Below, piece by piece: positions 31,035-40,846 of a DNA stretch of 64,000 nt (the stretch's first letter is position 1; every line of letters begins with the position of its first letter). Made by a program: the position numbers and the translations under genes. The stretch is taken from positions 416,001 through 480,000 of the forward strand of contig CAWEPK010000008.1 in the NCBI GenBank assembly GCA_963810935.1. Direction: 5' to 3'. The notes beneath the pieces were generated by a model. It saw only the letters and a list, made by a program, of their open reading frames with translations. It did no database searches and had not been told where the DNA came from. Source of the stretch: an uncultured delta proteobacterium. GTDB lineage: Bacteria; Desulfobacterota; Syntrophorhabdia; Syntrophorhabdales; WCHB1-27.

Positions 31035-32669
31035 TTACGGCTTCAGGAAGAGCCGGAGCGCCTGCCTTATCTTTTCCGGCGCCGCCCTGCCCGTATCGAC
31101 CTTCATGATACGGAAAGACGGCACATCTTTCGGCTCCTCCATAACCTCGAGCTGCCGCTCCAGCACGGCCGGATGGGCGTCCGATACATCAGACCCTAAT
31201 CCGACCCTCCTTTGCACCCTCTCCCGGAGGATTGGCGCGTCCGCGAAGCAGGAAACGAAGAAAGGGTTGAGCCCTTCTTTCATGCAGGCATCGTAGAACA
31301 GCCGGACCATGTCGGAGGAAAGGAACGTAGCGTCAACGACTACGCGCTTCCCTTTCCGGCAGGCAGCAACCGCCTCATCGGTAAGCACCCGGTACGTGCG
31401 CCGCGTCGCCTCGGCGTTATATAGGCCGGTCCCATAATCGACGTAGACGTGGTCGGCCGCCTTCAGACCGGCAATGCCTTTGCGGACTTTGTCCGAGCGA
31501 AATACGAGCGCGCCGGGTATCAGCGATCTCGCAGCCTCGGACTTGCCCGACCCGGCCGGCCCCTTGAGCACCACGGGATTGAAGACCGTATACGCCTGTT
31601 CCGTGTAATACCGGGCGAGGGCGAAATAGTTGCCGGCCCGCTTCCCGGCAGCCTCGCCTGCATCGCCGTCTTCATTTTCAAGCGCCTTTGCCGTGAAGCC
31701 CTCGATTTTACCGCGCACGACGGCCCGGTACGTTTTGTAGAACCGCAGCAGGTCTACGGAGCAGGCCGAAGGGAAACGGGAGAAATAGGCGCACGAGACC
31801 GCCTGCGACAGGTCGTGCCTGCCTTTTTGCTCCAGGTCCATCAGGAGGAAGGCGATGTCCTCCAACACATCGCCAATCCGGAACCGCTTGTTGAACTCGA
31901 TGCAATCGACGATAACGGGCGGCTCTATCAGGCAGACGTGCTGCGTGTGGAGGTCGCCGTGCCCCTCTCGCACAAAGCCCCCGGTCTTCCTCTGCCCAAA
32001 GAGCGCCTCGTTGTCGCGGATGAAGTCGCGAGTTTGCGCAACGAGCAAGCCGTAAAGCTCCGAAGCGATGGTAGCACCCCGGAAAGGCCCTATCTGCTCG
32101 AAGTTCTCTTCCGTATTCGTGCGCACCGACGAGAGGCCGCCATAAGGCCCGGCCCGGTGCACAGGCGCCTGACGATGGAAGCGGGCTATCATTGCCCCGG
32201 CGGCTGCGGCTTCCTCCTCAAGCAACCGGCCCGCGGCGATCAGGCTTGAAAGGAGCCTCTCGTCCGGTATCGTCTTCATTTTGACCGCGTACTCGGCTAT
32301 GTGCGCGCCCTTCGACCTGCGGAAGGAATACCGGCCGTCTTTTCCGTATATCGGTACTACGCCCAGATAGACGTGCCCGGCCAGGCGCGAGTTGAGGACT
32401 ACCTCTTCATGGCAGTAGAAATGCCTCTTTTCAAGCGTCGAAAAATCGAGGAATCCGAAGTTGACAGGCTTCTTGATCTTATAAACGTATGCGTCGCCGA
32501 CGAAGACCTGGGAAATGTGCGTCTCATGGTGTGTGATGGACGATGGTTTTTCGGGATAGCTGGAAGGCTTGAGAAAGAAGGCGATCAGGTCGTTGCCGTG
32601 CGTGCCCACATGATAACTTACACGTCTACCGACTGCTTTTTCAAGTGGCTGCCGGATGTCAGCCCGCAA
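31035..32669 (-). CDS. Aminoglycoside-phosphotransferase-like / AAA_33 kinase fusion
   Basis: ETHIS, KIKKPV.FGFLDFSTL, HGDLH, DCIEFN, GPAGSGKS and VDATF. True start may be GTG at 32609. Confidence 0.88.
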   Translation of the reverse strand: MRADIRQPLEKAVGRRVSYHVGTHGNDLIAFFLKPSSYPEKPSSITHHETHISQVFVGDAYVYKIKKPVNFGFLDFSTLEKRHFYCHEEVVLNSRLAGHVYLGVVPIYGKDGRYSFRRSKGAHIAEYAVKMKTIPDERLLSSLIAAGRLLEEEAAAAGAMIARFHRQAPVHRAGPYGGLSSVRTNTEENFEQIGPFRGATIASELYGLLVAQTRDFIRDNEALFGQRKTGGFVREGHGDLHTQHVCLIEPPVIVDCIEFNKRFRIGDVLEDIAFLLMDLEQKGRHDLSQAVSCAYFSRFPSACSVDLLRFYKTYRAVVRGKIEGFTAKALENEDGDAGEAAGKRAGNYFALARYYTEQAYTVFNPVVLKGPAGSGKSEAARSLIPGALVFRSDKVRKGIAGLKAADHVYVDYGTGLYNAEATRRTYRVLTDEAVAACRKGKRVVVDATFLSSDMVRLFYDACMKEGLNPFFVSCFADAPILRERVQRRVGLGSDVSDAHPAVLERQLEVMEEPKDVPSFRIMKVDTGRAAPEKIRQALRLFLKP

Positions 32670-32676
32670 AGGGACA

Positions 32677-32988
32677 CTATCGCGGCTCTTTACCGCCGGC
32701 CCTTTCCCTCCTGATTAATCTGGCTGTTTCCTCGTAGATGCGGCTTCGCGGTCCGACGGCCACAACCTGCACCTCCGTCTTCGCAACCCTGTAAACAACG
32801 CGCATACGGCCGATCCTGAAGCTTCGCAGCCCTGCCAGATCGTCTTTGAGGGCCTTCCCCGACGTCACATCGGAAAGGATGGCTTCAAGGCAAGCCCTCA
32901 CCTTCTTCTTGAGGCCGGGATGCATCCCGCGAATGAGGTCCGCCAGGTCTTGTGGCAGCCGCAGCTTAAAACTGCTACCTCTCTTCAA
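32677..32988 (-). CDS. RelE/ParE-family toxin
   Basis: GKALKDDLAGLRSFRIGRMRVVYRV and VGPRSRIYE; overlaps the antitoxin gene. Confidence 0.88.
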   Translation of the reverse strand: MKRGSSFKLRLPQDLADLIRGMHPGLKKKVRACLEAILSDVTSGKALKDDLAGLRSFRIGRMRVVYRVAKTEVQVVAVGPRSRIYEETARLIRRERAGGKEPR

Positions 32989-33241
32989 AGAGGTCCTCCA
33001 GGGTGTAAAGTATCGCCTTCCGACTCCTCAACTGCTGAAGGCCGCTCCTGATCTCTTCTACGAACCCCGGCTCAGACTTCACCGCAATCGTCTCTTTCCA
33101 GCTCTCGAACTCCTCCGGGCTCACCAGTATAGCGGCGGGCCGGCCATTCCTGGTGATAACGACCTCTTCATCCGTTGCCTCCACCTGATCCACAAGGCTG
33201 CTCAGTTTCATCTTTACTTCGGAAAGAGGTAGCGTCTTCAT
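32975..33241 (-). CDS. Phd/YefM-family antitoxin
   Basis: LSEVKMKLSSLVDQV...VVITRNGRPAAILVS.EEFE. Confidence 0.92.
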   Translation of the reverse strand: MKTLPLSEVKMKLSSLVDQVEATDEEVVITRNGRPAAILVSPEEFESWKETIAVKSEPGFVEEIRSGLQQLRSRKAILYTLEDLFEER

Positions 33242-33251
33242 TGTTGCCTCC

Positions 33252-33308
33252 AATTATGGTTAACCATAATTATGACCATAACATACCACCGGGCCGATGT
33301 ACTGTCAA
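33252..33308 (-). promoter_or_regulatory. TA promoter and operator
   Basis: TTGACA (33308-33303)-17-TATGTT; perfect palindrome AATTATGGTT|AACCATAATT at 33252-33271. Confidence 0.8.
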
Positions 33309-33416
33309 TCACTGATTAGCGGCCGCCCTACCAGAATTGTCGATCATCGACGCTGCTTTTCGACAATAATGTCAGCGGTTCGGCCAGGCCCCCCTGATAT
33401 CTCAAGCGAAGCGTTT

Positions 33417-33432
33417 TGGCATCCCATTTGCT
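33417..33432 (+). promoter_or_regulatory. Sigma54 (-24/-12) promoter
   Basis: TGGCATCCCATTTGCT has GG and GC at the canonical spacing, upstream of the lipoprotein gene. Confidence 0.7.
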
Positions 33433-33618
33433 TTACAACTCACGTAACCCCGGATACGGACCGGCAGGAAGGGAGGTGCAACAAAGGCCGGTTTTTCGCC
33501 TTCGGCGGCCGGGGACAAACAAAAGGGGCGGCACATAGATTCGAGCTAGTACACCGGTAAATCTCTCGCTGAGTCGTGAACTGACCAAAACGTAAAATGA
33601 CTAAAAGAGGTGAAAGAA

Positions 33619-33990
33619 ATGAAGAAGACTCTCTTGGTGCTTTCAACTATCGTTCTTTTCGGTATTGGCGTCGCCGGTTGTGCAACGAAGGGTGACCTAG
33701 CCAAAATGCAAGCGCAGGGGCAGCAGACCAACCTCAAGGCGGATCAGGCATTGAAGGCGTCGCAGGAGGCCAATGAGAATGCACAGAAGGCGTCGGAGGC
33801 CTCCAGCATGAAGGCCGATCAGGCAGCTAAGGCCGCGCAGGATGCCAACGAGGCAGCGATGAAGGCGGCCGAGGCAGTCAAGGCAGCCGAGGAAAGGGCG
33901 AGGATTGCCGAAGAAAGGGCAGCCGCTGCCGAGGCAAAGACCGACAAGACGAATGCCGACGCCATGTTCACGGCCTCGATGAAGAAGTAG
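33619..33990 (+). CDS. Lpp/OprI-like alanine-zipper outer-membrane lipoprotein
   Basis: Lipobox VAGC, Ala-rich coiled coil and C-terminal ...FTASMKK; adjacent to L,D-transpeptidases. Confidence 0.85.
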   Translation: MKKTLLVLSTIVLFGIGVAGCATKGDLAKMQAQGQQTNLKADQALKASQEANENAQKASEASSMKADQAAKAAQDANEAAMKAAEAVKAAEERARIAEERAAAAEAKTDKTNADAMFTASMKK

Positions 33991-34099
33991 ATTCGTCGTG
34001 AGGTCTACAGGGAAAAGGGCGGCGGGGCGTGTACCGCCCTGCCGCCTTATGCAGGTTTAACAACCATCGTGCGCATTACGGGCGGACACCAGAGCCTAT

Positions 34100-35119
34100 A
34101 TGATTAAGAAGCAACGGGGAATAGGCGCACGCATGCGCTCTTTCTTTGCCTGCATCATGATGGCGCCCGTCCTGATGTGCGGGTGCGCCCACCTTTACGA
34201 AACGTCCCTGGCGGGGCCGAGCTTCGAGGAAGCGAACGCCCTTTTCGGCCGGGGAAGCTACGAGGCTTCGCTGGACAAATACGAGCGGATCATCGAAAAA
34301 TACCCGACGACGCGGGACCGGGCCCTTTTCGAAATGGGCATTATCCATGCGTATCCAGGCAACGAACAAAGAGATTACCGGAAGTCTATGGAGTGTTTTC
34401 AAAAGCTCCTGAAGGACTACCCGGAGAGCAGGTACAGGCGGGACAGCGCGGAGATGATTTCGCACATCGACGACCTGACGGCGAGAGAAAACAAGATTAT
34501 CGCGCAGCAAACGATGATCGCGACCCTGGAACAGGGGATCGGCAGCAGGGAGCGGGAAATCAACGCGCTGCGGAGACAGATCGATGCACTCGTTCGGGAT
34601 GCAGGGAACAGGGAAAGCGAGGCTGCCGCCCTCCGTGCGAAGATCGAGACCCTCGAAGCGCCGTTCAAAAACGGAGTTGCTGCAATCGCGGATGGATCTG
34701 CATCAAGGGTCCTCGTGGAAAAACGGGAGCGAAGATTGACGCTGCTTTCCAACGGAAAGGTCCTCAAGGCGTACAGGGTTGCCCTAGGGGACAACCCGGA
34801 CGGTCCGAAAGAGAGGCAGGGCGACAGCAAAACCCCGGAAGGGACCTACGTAATCGATTCAAGGAACAGGGACAGCCGCTACCACCTGTCTCTTCACATT
34901 TCCTATCCGAACGAGCAGGATAAAGAACGGGCAAGGAAGCTGGGTGTCTCTCCGGGCGGGAACATCATGATCCACGGCCTCAAAAACGGCTACTCGTGGA
35001 TCGGGGGCTCGCACACTAGCCTCGACTGGACCGAAGGGTGCATCGCAGTTACGGACGAAGAGATAGAGGAGATCGCCAGGCTCGTGCCGGACGGCACGGT
35101 TGTCGAGATAAGGCCGTAA
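34100..35119 (+). CDS. L,D-transpeptidase-family protein (TPR-like + coiled coil + YkuD, YafK/DpaA-like)
   Basis: GDSKTPEG.Y, HISYPN, IMIHG and WTEGCIAV. Confidence 0.88.
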   Translation: MIKKQRGIGARMRSFFACIMMAPVLMCGCAHLYETSLAGPSFEEANALFGRGSYEASLDKYERIIEKYPTTRDRALFEMGIIHAYPGNEQRDYRKSMECFQKLLKDYPESRYRRDSAEMISHIDDLTARENKIIAQQTMIATLEQGIGSREREINALRRQIDALVRDAGNRESEAAALRAKIETLEAPFKNGVAAIADGSASRVLVEKRERRLTLLSNGKVLKAYRVALGDNPDGPKERQGDSKTPEGTYVIDSRNRDSRYHLSLHISYPNEQDKERARKLGVSPGGNIMIHGLKNGYSWIGGSHTSLDWTEGCIAVTDEEIEEIARLVPDGTVVEIRP

Positions 35120-35135
35120 GGAGGCGGATAAGGCG

Positions 35136-36479
35136 ATGGGCAGAGTTTATAGAATCCCGACCGTGCGCGGCGCGGCATCGATGCTGTTCGATCGGTTTCG
35201 CCTCGCGGTGCCGCTCGTGCTGGTACTGTGCCTCCAGGGATGCGCCTCCTTCACCGGGTTCCCCCCGGCGAGACCCGAGGTGTTCGAGATCGTCCCGGAA
35301 AAAACGATCGAGCGGAACAATTTTTCGCTTGCCGGAGAAAATGAGGTCGTCGGCCGATTGGTTTACATGCGACTCGAAGACGGGGACACGCTGCCGGATA
35401 TCGCAAGGCACTTCGGCATCGGCGCCAATGAGGTCAGCGCAGCCAATCCGCGGGTGGATGTATGGGTGCCGGAGGCCGGTGAGCGCATTCTATTGCCCAT
35501 GAGCCACATCCTGCCGGACTGCCCGAGGAAAGGCATCGTGATCAACCTGGCAGCCATGAGGCTGTTCCAGTTCAAAGGAGACGCGAAGTCTCCGGCAGTA
35601 TCGACCTACCCGGTCGGCATCGGCACTGCGGAGAGGCCGTCGCCCACGGGACCGATGTACGTGCAGCGCAAAACGGTACGGCCGACGTGGTTCGTCCCTG
35701 CCTCGATTGCCGAAGACCATCGGAAAAAGGGAGACCCCCTGCCCCCCAAAGTACTGCCGGGGCCTGACAACCCCCTCGGGGAATACGCCCTCTACCTGAG
35801 CAAATCGGGTTATTTAATCCACGGCACAAACAAGCCGTACAGCATCGGCCTGAACGCGACCAACGGCTGCATAAGGCTGTACCCCGAAGACATCAAAAGG
35901 CTTTACCCCGGGGCACTGGTCAATACGCCCGTACGCATCGTCAACCAGCCGCTTCTCATAGGTCGGCGCGACGGGATAGTCTACCTGGAAGTCCATGCAC
36001 CGCCCGGAGACTGCGATGCAGGCGAGCTCGACAAAATGTACGCAAAATTGAGATACGTCGAAAAGAAATCGGCTCGCACGATAGACTGGAAGAAGGTCGA
36101 GGAGGCACTGGCCGAGGCAAGGGGGATACCCGTCCGCGTGTCCGATACCGGTCAACAAAGCGAAGAAAGAATTGCCGGGGGTGTAGAAGTCACCCACCCG
36201 GACAAATTATACGGGACCCCTGAAGTGCCGGAATTGAAGACGGATGCGTGGTACGTCTCGGCTGCCGATTTGCGCGACAAGGTCAACGCCGTGAGGCTTG
36301 CCGCCATTATCAACCACCAGGGACCGCAAATCCCGGCGAGGATCCTGCCGAAGAGCAGCACCTACTGCGTTATCGCCGGGCCTTACGACGATGCCGGCAA
36401 GGCACGGGAGGCCGTCAAGCGCCTGAAGATCGACCTGGAGATAGAAGCCGTTCTGGTCGAGCCGGCCAGGATTAAATAG
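35136..36479 (+). CDS. L,D-transpeptidase (LysM-YkuD-SPOR-like)
   Basis: Lipobox LQGC, GDTLPDIAR, INLAAMRL, GPDNPLG, IHGTN...NGCIRL and a SPOR-like C-terminus. Confidence 0.9.
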   Translation: MGRVYRIPTVRGAASMLFDRFRLAVPLVLVLCLQGCASFTGFPPARPEVFEIVPEKTIERNNFSLAGENEVVGRLVYMRLEDGDTLPDIARHFGIGANEVSAANPRVDVWVPEAGERILLPMSHILPDCPRKGIVINLAAMRLFQFKGDAKSPAVSTYPVGIGTAERPSPTGPMYVQRKTVRPTWFVPASIAEDHRKKGDPLPPKVLPGPDNPLGEYALYLSKSGYLIHGTNKPYSIGLNATNGCIRLYPEDIKRLYPGALVNTPVRIVNQPLLIGRRDGIVYLEVHAPPGDCDAGELDKMYAKLRYVEKKSARTIDWKKVEEALAEARGIPVRVSDTGQQSEERIAGGVEVTHPDKLYGTPEVPELKTDAWYVSAADLRDKVNAVRLAAIINHQGPQIPARILPKSSTYCVIAGPYDDAGKAREAVKRLKIDLEIEAVLVEPARIK

Positions 36480-38661
36480 CCTGTGACTCTATCACTTCCT
36501 GAAGCCTGACGTAGTCTATCTTGCCTGTACCAAGTTTGGGCATCTCTTTCAGGAACACGACGCGGCGGGGGACGGCCAGGTCGCTGAAACCGTTCGCTTT
36601 CAGCGTTTCCCGCACGTTTTTCTGCTCTATCGCCGCGTTGTTCGTCACCACGATGAGGCTCTCGCCTCTTTTCTCGTCGCTCACCGCCATGACCGCCAGG
36701 TCTTTGCGGCCGGCCAGCTCGCGGGAAAGCACCTCTTCCACCGAGGAAAGCGAGATCATCTCCCCGCTCACCTTTGCGAACCGCCTCAATCTCCCGACAA
36801 TCTTCAGCGAGCCCTCTTCCGTTATCTCGACGATGTCGCCCGTGTCGTACCATGCCCGGTCCTCTGCAGGGCTGCGCGTACCCGCCTCATCATTGAGATA
36901 CCCCTTCATCACGTTCTTGCCGCGCACCAGCAGCCTGCCTGTCGTCCCGCCCTTGCTGTCGATGCCCGCAACCGGCACAATCCTGTGCCCGATGCCCGCG
37001 AGCAGGGCGCCCACCGTCCCGTATTCATGTTGAAGGGCGCTCTCGATGCTAAGGAGAGGCCCGCATTCGGTCGCGCCGTAGCCCGATAAGACCTGTATGC
37101 CGAACGTCCTTGCGTACCGCTCGAAGACTGTATCGGTAAGCGGCTCGCCGCCGCAGAAGATGTGGCGCAGGGAATGGAAGTCGTAAGGGTTCGCGCGCCT
37201 GCCGTACCCGTTAAGGAAGGTATTCGTGGCGAGCAGGATTGTACATTCGTTGTTATAGGCAAGCTCCGGCACGACCCTGTACTGGAGGGGGCTGACGTGG
37301 AAAAAGACCCGCGCCCCCGCAAATACGGGGATGATCGTACCCCCGGTCAGGCCGAAGCTGTGGAACATGGGAAGGACGTTCAGGAAAGAATCCTCCGGCG
37401 TCACGCCGATCCTTGAAAGCCCCTGGTAGACGTTCGTGATGATGTTCTCGTGGGAAAGGCATACCCCTTTCGGCAGGCCCTCCGAGCCGGAAGTAAATAG
37501 TATCGCGGCCGTCTCCTTTTCTTCACCTGCGCGCACTGCGGCGAACCCGCCCGGAAAGAAGGCCCGAAAGAGCGCGAAGAGTTTATCGCCCAACCCGACC
37601 TCATCCTTCAGGTCTTCTAGGAAGACCGGTTTTCGCGTCCCGAAGACCGCATCCGTCAGCTTGAGCCTTTCCAAAAACTGCCGCGACGTGATGACGGTGC
37701 CTATGTCCGCAATGTCCATTGCGAGACCGAGACCGCGGGGGCCGCTCGAATAATTAAGAAAAACGGGCGCCTTGCGATAGATCTGCAAAGCCATAAAGAT
37801 CACGGCGGTTACGCTCAGGTTGGGAAGCATGACGGCGATATTGCCTTGAGCGACTTTGGAAAAGCGGCGGCCTAAAGCAAAGGCCCCTGTCAGTGCTTTC
37901 CCACGGCTCAGCCTGCGCCCCGTCGAGTCGTTGAAAAGCTCCTTTCTGCGGCCCTGCGAGCAGATCCGGATAAACTCCCTGCCGAGCGTCGAAGGTCTGT
38001 TGTGCGCCTCGAGATAAACCTCCGTGAGCATCGAATAGATCGCCCTCGTGGCTGCCCCTTTCTTCTTCCTGTTCGGCAGGTGCGCCAAACGCATCGGAGG
38101 GCGCAGCTCGCCGATAGTAACGGTAATGGGCGCAAAGACGCGTCGACCCTTATGCTTCCTGCCAAAAAATGTGTTGTACGTGTTCTTGATATAAATGGGG
38201 AGGATGTTCGCCCCCGTCCTGAATGCAACGAACCCCGTGCCGTCGTATATCTTCATAAAATGGCCGGTCGATGTCCGTCGCCCTTCCGGGAAGACAAGCA
38301 GGGGGCGGCCCTCGTCGACCATGCGGACGATATCCTTGATCGCATAGGGGCTCATGAAGTCGATGGCAACAAACTGGTCGTTCTTTAAGAAAGGCCGCAG
38401 CCAGCGGTTGGCGGCTACCGCCCTGTCCACAACGATGCGCATGGGGAGGCGCAGGTAGGCCCAGAGGATGACCCCGTCTATGTAAGAGGCGTGGTTGGCT
38501 ACAATGATGAGCTTGTCGAACGACGTCGGGACCTTGTCCGCGCCTTCTATCTTTATGCGGTGCACGCCCTTCAGGTATGCTTTGAACAGAAAGCGCAGGC
38601 ACGCTTCGTAACATTTCCGCATGAAGCCTCCCGTTAATTCCGCGCCCCCGTCCCGGCTCAT
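36472..38661 (-). CDS. aas: Aas-like acyltransferase / acyl-ACP synthetase
   Basis: PlsC motifs NHASYID and FPEGRR; AMP-binding FTSGSEGLPKG, GYGATE and YDTGD. Confidence 0.88.
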   Translation of the reverse strand: MSRDGGAELTGGFMRKCYEACLRFLFKAYLKGVHRIKIEGADKVPTSFDKLIIVANHASYIDGVILWAYLRLPMRIVVDRAVAANRWLRPFLKNDQFVAIDFMSPYAIKDIVRMVDEGRPLLVFPEGRRTSTGHFMKIYDGTGFVAFRTGANILPIYIKNTYNTFFGRKHKGRRVFAPITVTIGELRPPMRLAHLPNRKKKGAATRAIYSMLTEVYLEAHNRPSTLGREFIRICSQGRRKELFNDSTGRRLSRGKALTGAFALGRRFSKVAQGNIAVMLPNLSVTAVIFMALQIYRKAPVFLNYSSGPRGLGLAMDIADIGTVITSRQFLERLKLTDAVFGTRKPVFLEDLKDEVGLGDKLFALFRAFFPGGFAAVRAGEEKETAAILFTSGSEGLPKGVCLSHENIITNVYQGLSRIGVTPEDSFLNVLPMFHSFGLTGGTIIPVFAGARVFFHVSPLQYRVVPELAYNNECTILLATNTFLNGYGRRANPYDFHSLRHIFCGGEPLTDTVFERYARTFGIQVLSGYGATECGPLLSIESALQHEYGTVGALLAGIGHRIVPVAGIDSKGGTTGRLLVRGKNVMKGYLNDEAGTRSPAEDRAWYDTGDIVEITEEGSLKIVGRLRRFAKVSGEMISLSSVEEVLSRELAGRKDLAVMAVSDEKRGESLIVVTNNAAIEQKNVRETLKANGFSDLAVPRRVVFLKEMPKLGTGKIDYVRLQEVIESQAI

Positions 38662-39911
38662 GGGGACGCTCCGGAAGCAGCAGAGCGCGCTTTCAGGGTC
38701 TTTGCCGCGAGGACCATCCAGAGAAGCGCCGCGATGAGCAGCGCTGCCGGGAGGACCAGCATGCCTTTCTGCAGGTCGCCAGCCATGCGGTCCGCTAGCC
38801 GCCCGACCACCTCAGGCGAATAGAGGTCGCCGAACAGATGTATCATGAATATCGAGACGGCCATGGCGCTGCTCCGGACGTTGACCGGGACCGTCTCCAA
38901 AATCAATGTATTGACCGGACCGGTGATGAAGAAAAGCAAAAAGATCGAGGCCGCGAGGAAGGCCATTGAAAGCCCTGCGCTCCCCGCGAGGATCGCGCAG
39001 AAAGAGAAAGGAAGCGCCAGCGCGATGGAGCTTGTCAGCAGCAGGGCATAGCCTGCGGGCGTGCGCCTTTGCCACCATGTACCGAGGAGACCGCCTGACA
39101 GGCTTCCGACTACGCCTGCGACGATCAGGACCGCCCCGAAGAAACTGTCCGCCCGGCTCAGCGGCATGCCGTGCACCTTCTCGAGGAAAGTAGGTCCCCA
39201 GAACGCGAAGGCGCCGAGGGCGAACGTATACGCCACATAACCCCAGACGACAAGACTGTAATCCGCATTGGCGAAGAGCCGGAGCACGTCAGGCAGGCGC
39301 GCCTTGGCTGCGCTTTGCGGCGGCGCACCTTCCGATTCTCCCCTGTCCGGTTCCTTAAAGGGCAGAAGGACCAGTGCAAGCAGAAGGCCCGGAGCACCGG
39401 CCACGTAGAAGGCGTACCGCCAGCCCCAGTGGGCTGCAATCTCCCCGCCGAGTATATACCCGGCGGCCGACCCGACCGGGATGGCGATGTAGAAGACCGT
39501 GAGCGCCATGTTCCGCTTCGCGGAGGGCCAGACATCCGAGATCAGCCCGGGGCTCAGGCTCCCGTAACTTGCCTCCCCCACACCGACCATCGCCCGGAAG
39601 ACAAGGAGGGCGACAAAACCCTGGGCCAGACCGGTCAGCACGGTCCCCAGGCTCCAGACGAACACCCCGAGGGCAATGAGGGCCTTCCTGGAGCCCCGGT
39701 CGCCCAGATAGCCGAAAAACGGCGCCGTAATAAAATAGCCGAGCATAAAGGTCGTGAACATGCGGCCCGAATCGCCATAACCGAGCCCGAACGCCTCAGC
39801 CATCGGCGTCCTAACGGCTCCCAGCACATAGCGGTCGAGGTAATTGAAAAGGTTCAGGCCGGTGAGGATAATAAGCAACGATAATGGAGAGATTCGTCTA
39901 CTCACGATCAC
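38658..39911 (-). CDS. MFS transporter, Spinster-like
   Basis: NLFNYLDRY, GYLGDRGSRK, GVGEASY and FYIAIPVGSA.GY; ATGA overlap with aas. Confidence 0.85.
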   Translation of the reverse strand: MIVSRRISPLSLLIILTGLNLFNYLDRYVLGAVRTPMAEAFGLGYGDSGRMFTTFMLGYFITAPFFGYLGDRGSRKALIALGVFVWSLGTVLTGLAQGFVALLVFRAMVGVGEASYGSLSPGLISDVWPSAKRNMALTVFYIAIPVGSAAGYILGGEIAAHWGWRYAFYVAGAPGLLLALVLLPFKEPDRGESEGAPPQSAAKARLPDVLRLFANADYSLVVWGYVAYTFALGAFAFWGPTFLEKVHGMPLSRADSFFGAVLIVAGVVGSLSGGLLGTWWQRRTPAGYALLLTSSIALALPFSFCAILAGSAGLSMAFLAASIFLLFFITGPVNTLILETVPVNVRSSAMAVSIFMIHLFGDLYSPEVVGRLADRMAGDLQKGMLVLPAALLIAALLWMVLAAKTLKARSAASGASP

Positions 39912-40056
39912 CGTCTTTGCCTGTATAGGCAGAGCCCCCGTCAGAATATACTTAATCTGTATTTAATAAGTCTCAGAAAGTCCAAATTGTAGCATTGAGA
40001 ACGCTGGAAGACGATAGCATTTTATAATGGCCCCACGCTAACGAACGTAGTCTTGA

Positions 40057-40110
40057 AAAGGGCCGGGAGATTTTCGATGGCGCATAGCGCGAAAAGATCC
40101 CGGCTCTCTT
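40057..40110 (-). terminator. Probable terminator after the FKBP gene
   Basis: Imperfect hairpin GGGCCGGGA...TCCCGGCTC with a short U tract on the minus strand. Confidence 0.5.
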
Positions 40111-40112
40111 AA

Positions 40113-40830
40113 CTACTTAGTCGGTGCTGCCGGCTTGGCCGGCTTCGCGTCAGCGTCTACGATGGAAATCAGACTCGACCTCGAAAATAAGGGTGGCGTT
40201 CGGCGGTATCGTCCCCTCCACGCCCGCTTGCCCGTAGGCAAGCTTGGAAGGGATGAAAAACTGCCACTTTGCCCCCGGGGTCATCAGTTGCAACGCCTCG
40301 GACCAGCCTGGGATCACCGCGCTCACCTGAAAAGTGGCCGGCTTGTTGCGCTTGTAAGAGCTGTCGAACTCAGTCCCGTCTAGGAGCGTGCCCCGGTACT
40401 GGACCGTGACGGAGTCATAGAGCGTCGGGCTCACGCCCGAGCCCTCCTTCAGGACCTTGTATTGCAGGCCGCTGGGAAGGGTCTTCACGCCGGGCTTTTG
40501 TTTATTCTGCGCCAGGAATGTCTCCTCCTGAGCAGCCGATTTTGCCAACTCCACCCTCCGTTTCTCGGCCAGCTCCCTGTTGAGGCTATCCATTACGCCT
40601 TGCGCCTCCTGGTCGCTCAGGGCGGGTTTCGCTCCTGTAATCCCGTCTCTGAAACCCCTGATGAAGGTATCGGTGTTAAGGTCAACGCCCTTGCTCTTCA
40701 TGTCTTTTCCAAGGAACACGCCGACCACGTAGCTGGCCTTTTCTTTCTGCGTCTGCAACGCAGGCTCCTGCGCTTCGCAGACGCCGGCAGCCAGAAGCAG
40801 GACGGCACACGCCGCTATAAGCTGTCTCAT
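40113..40830 (-). CDS. FKBP-type peptidyl-prolyl isomerase (Mip/FkpA-like) with a +1 frameshift at about 40173
   Basis: LPSGLQY, YRGTLLDGTEFDSS, VIPGW and IPPNATLIFEVE; removing T from GAGTCTG restores ...FEVELISI...PTK*. Confidence 0.92.
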
Positions 40831-40846
40831 GTCTTCTCCTTAAATC

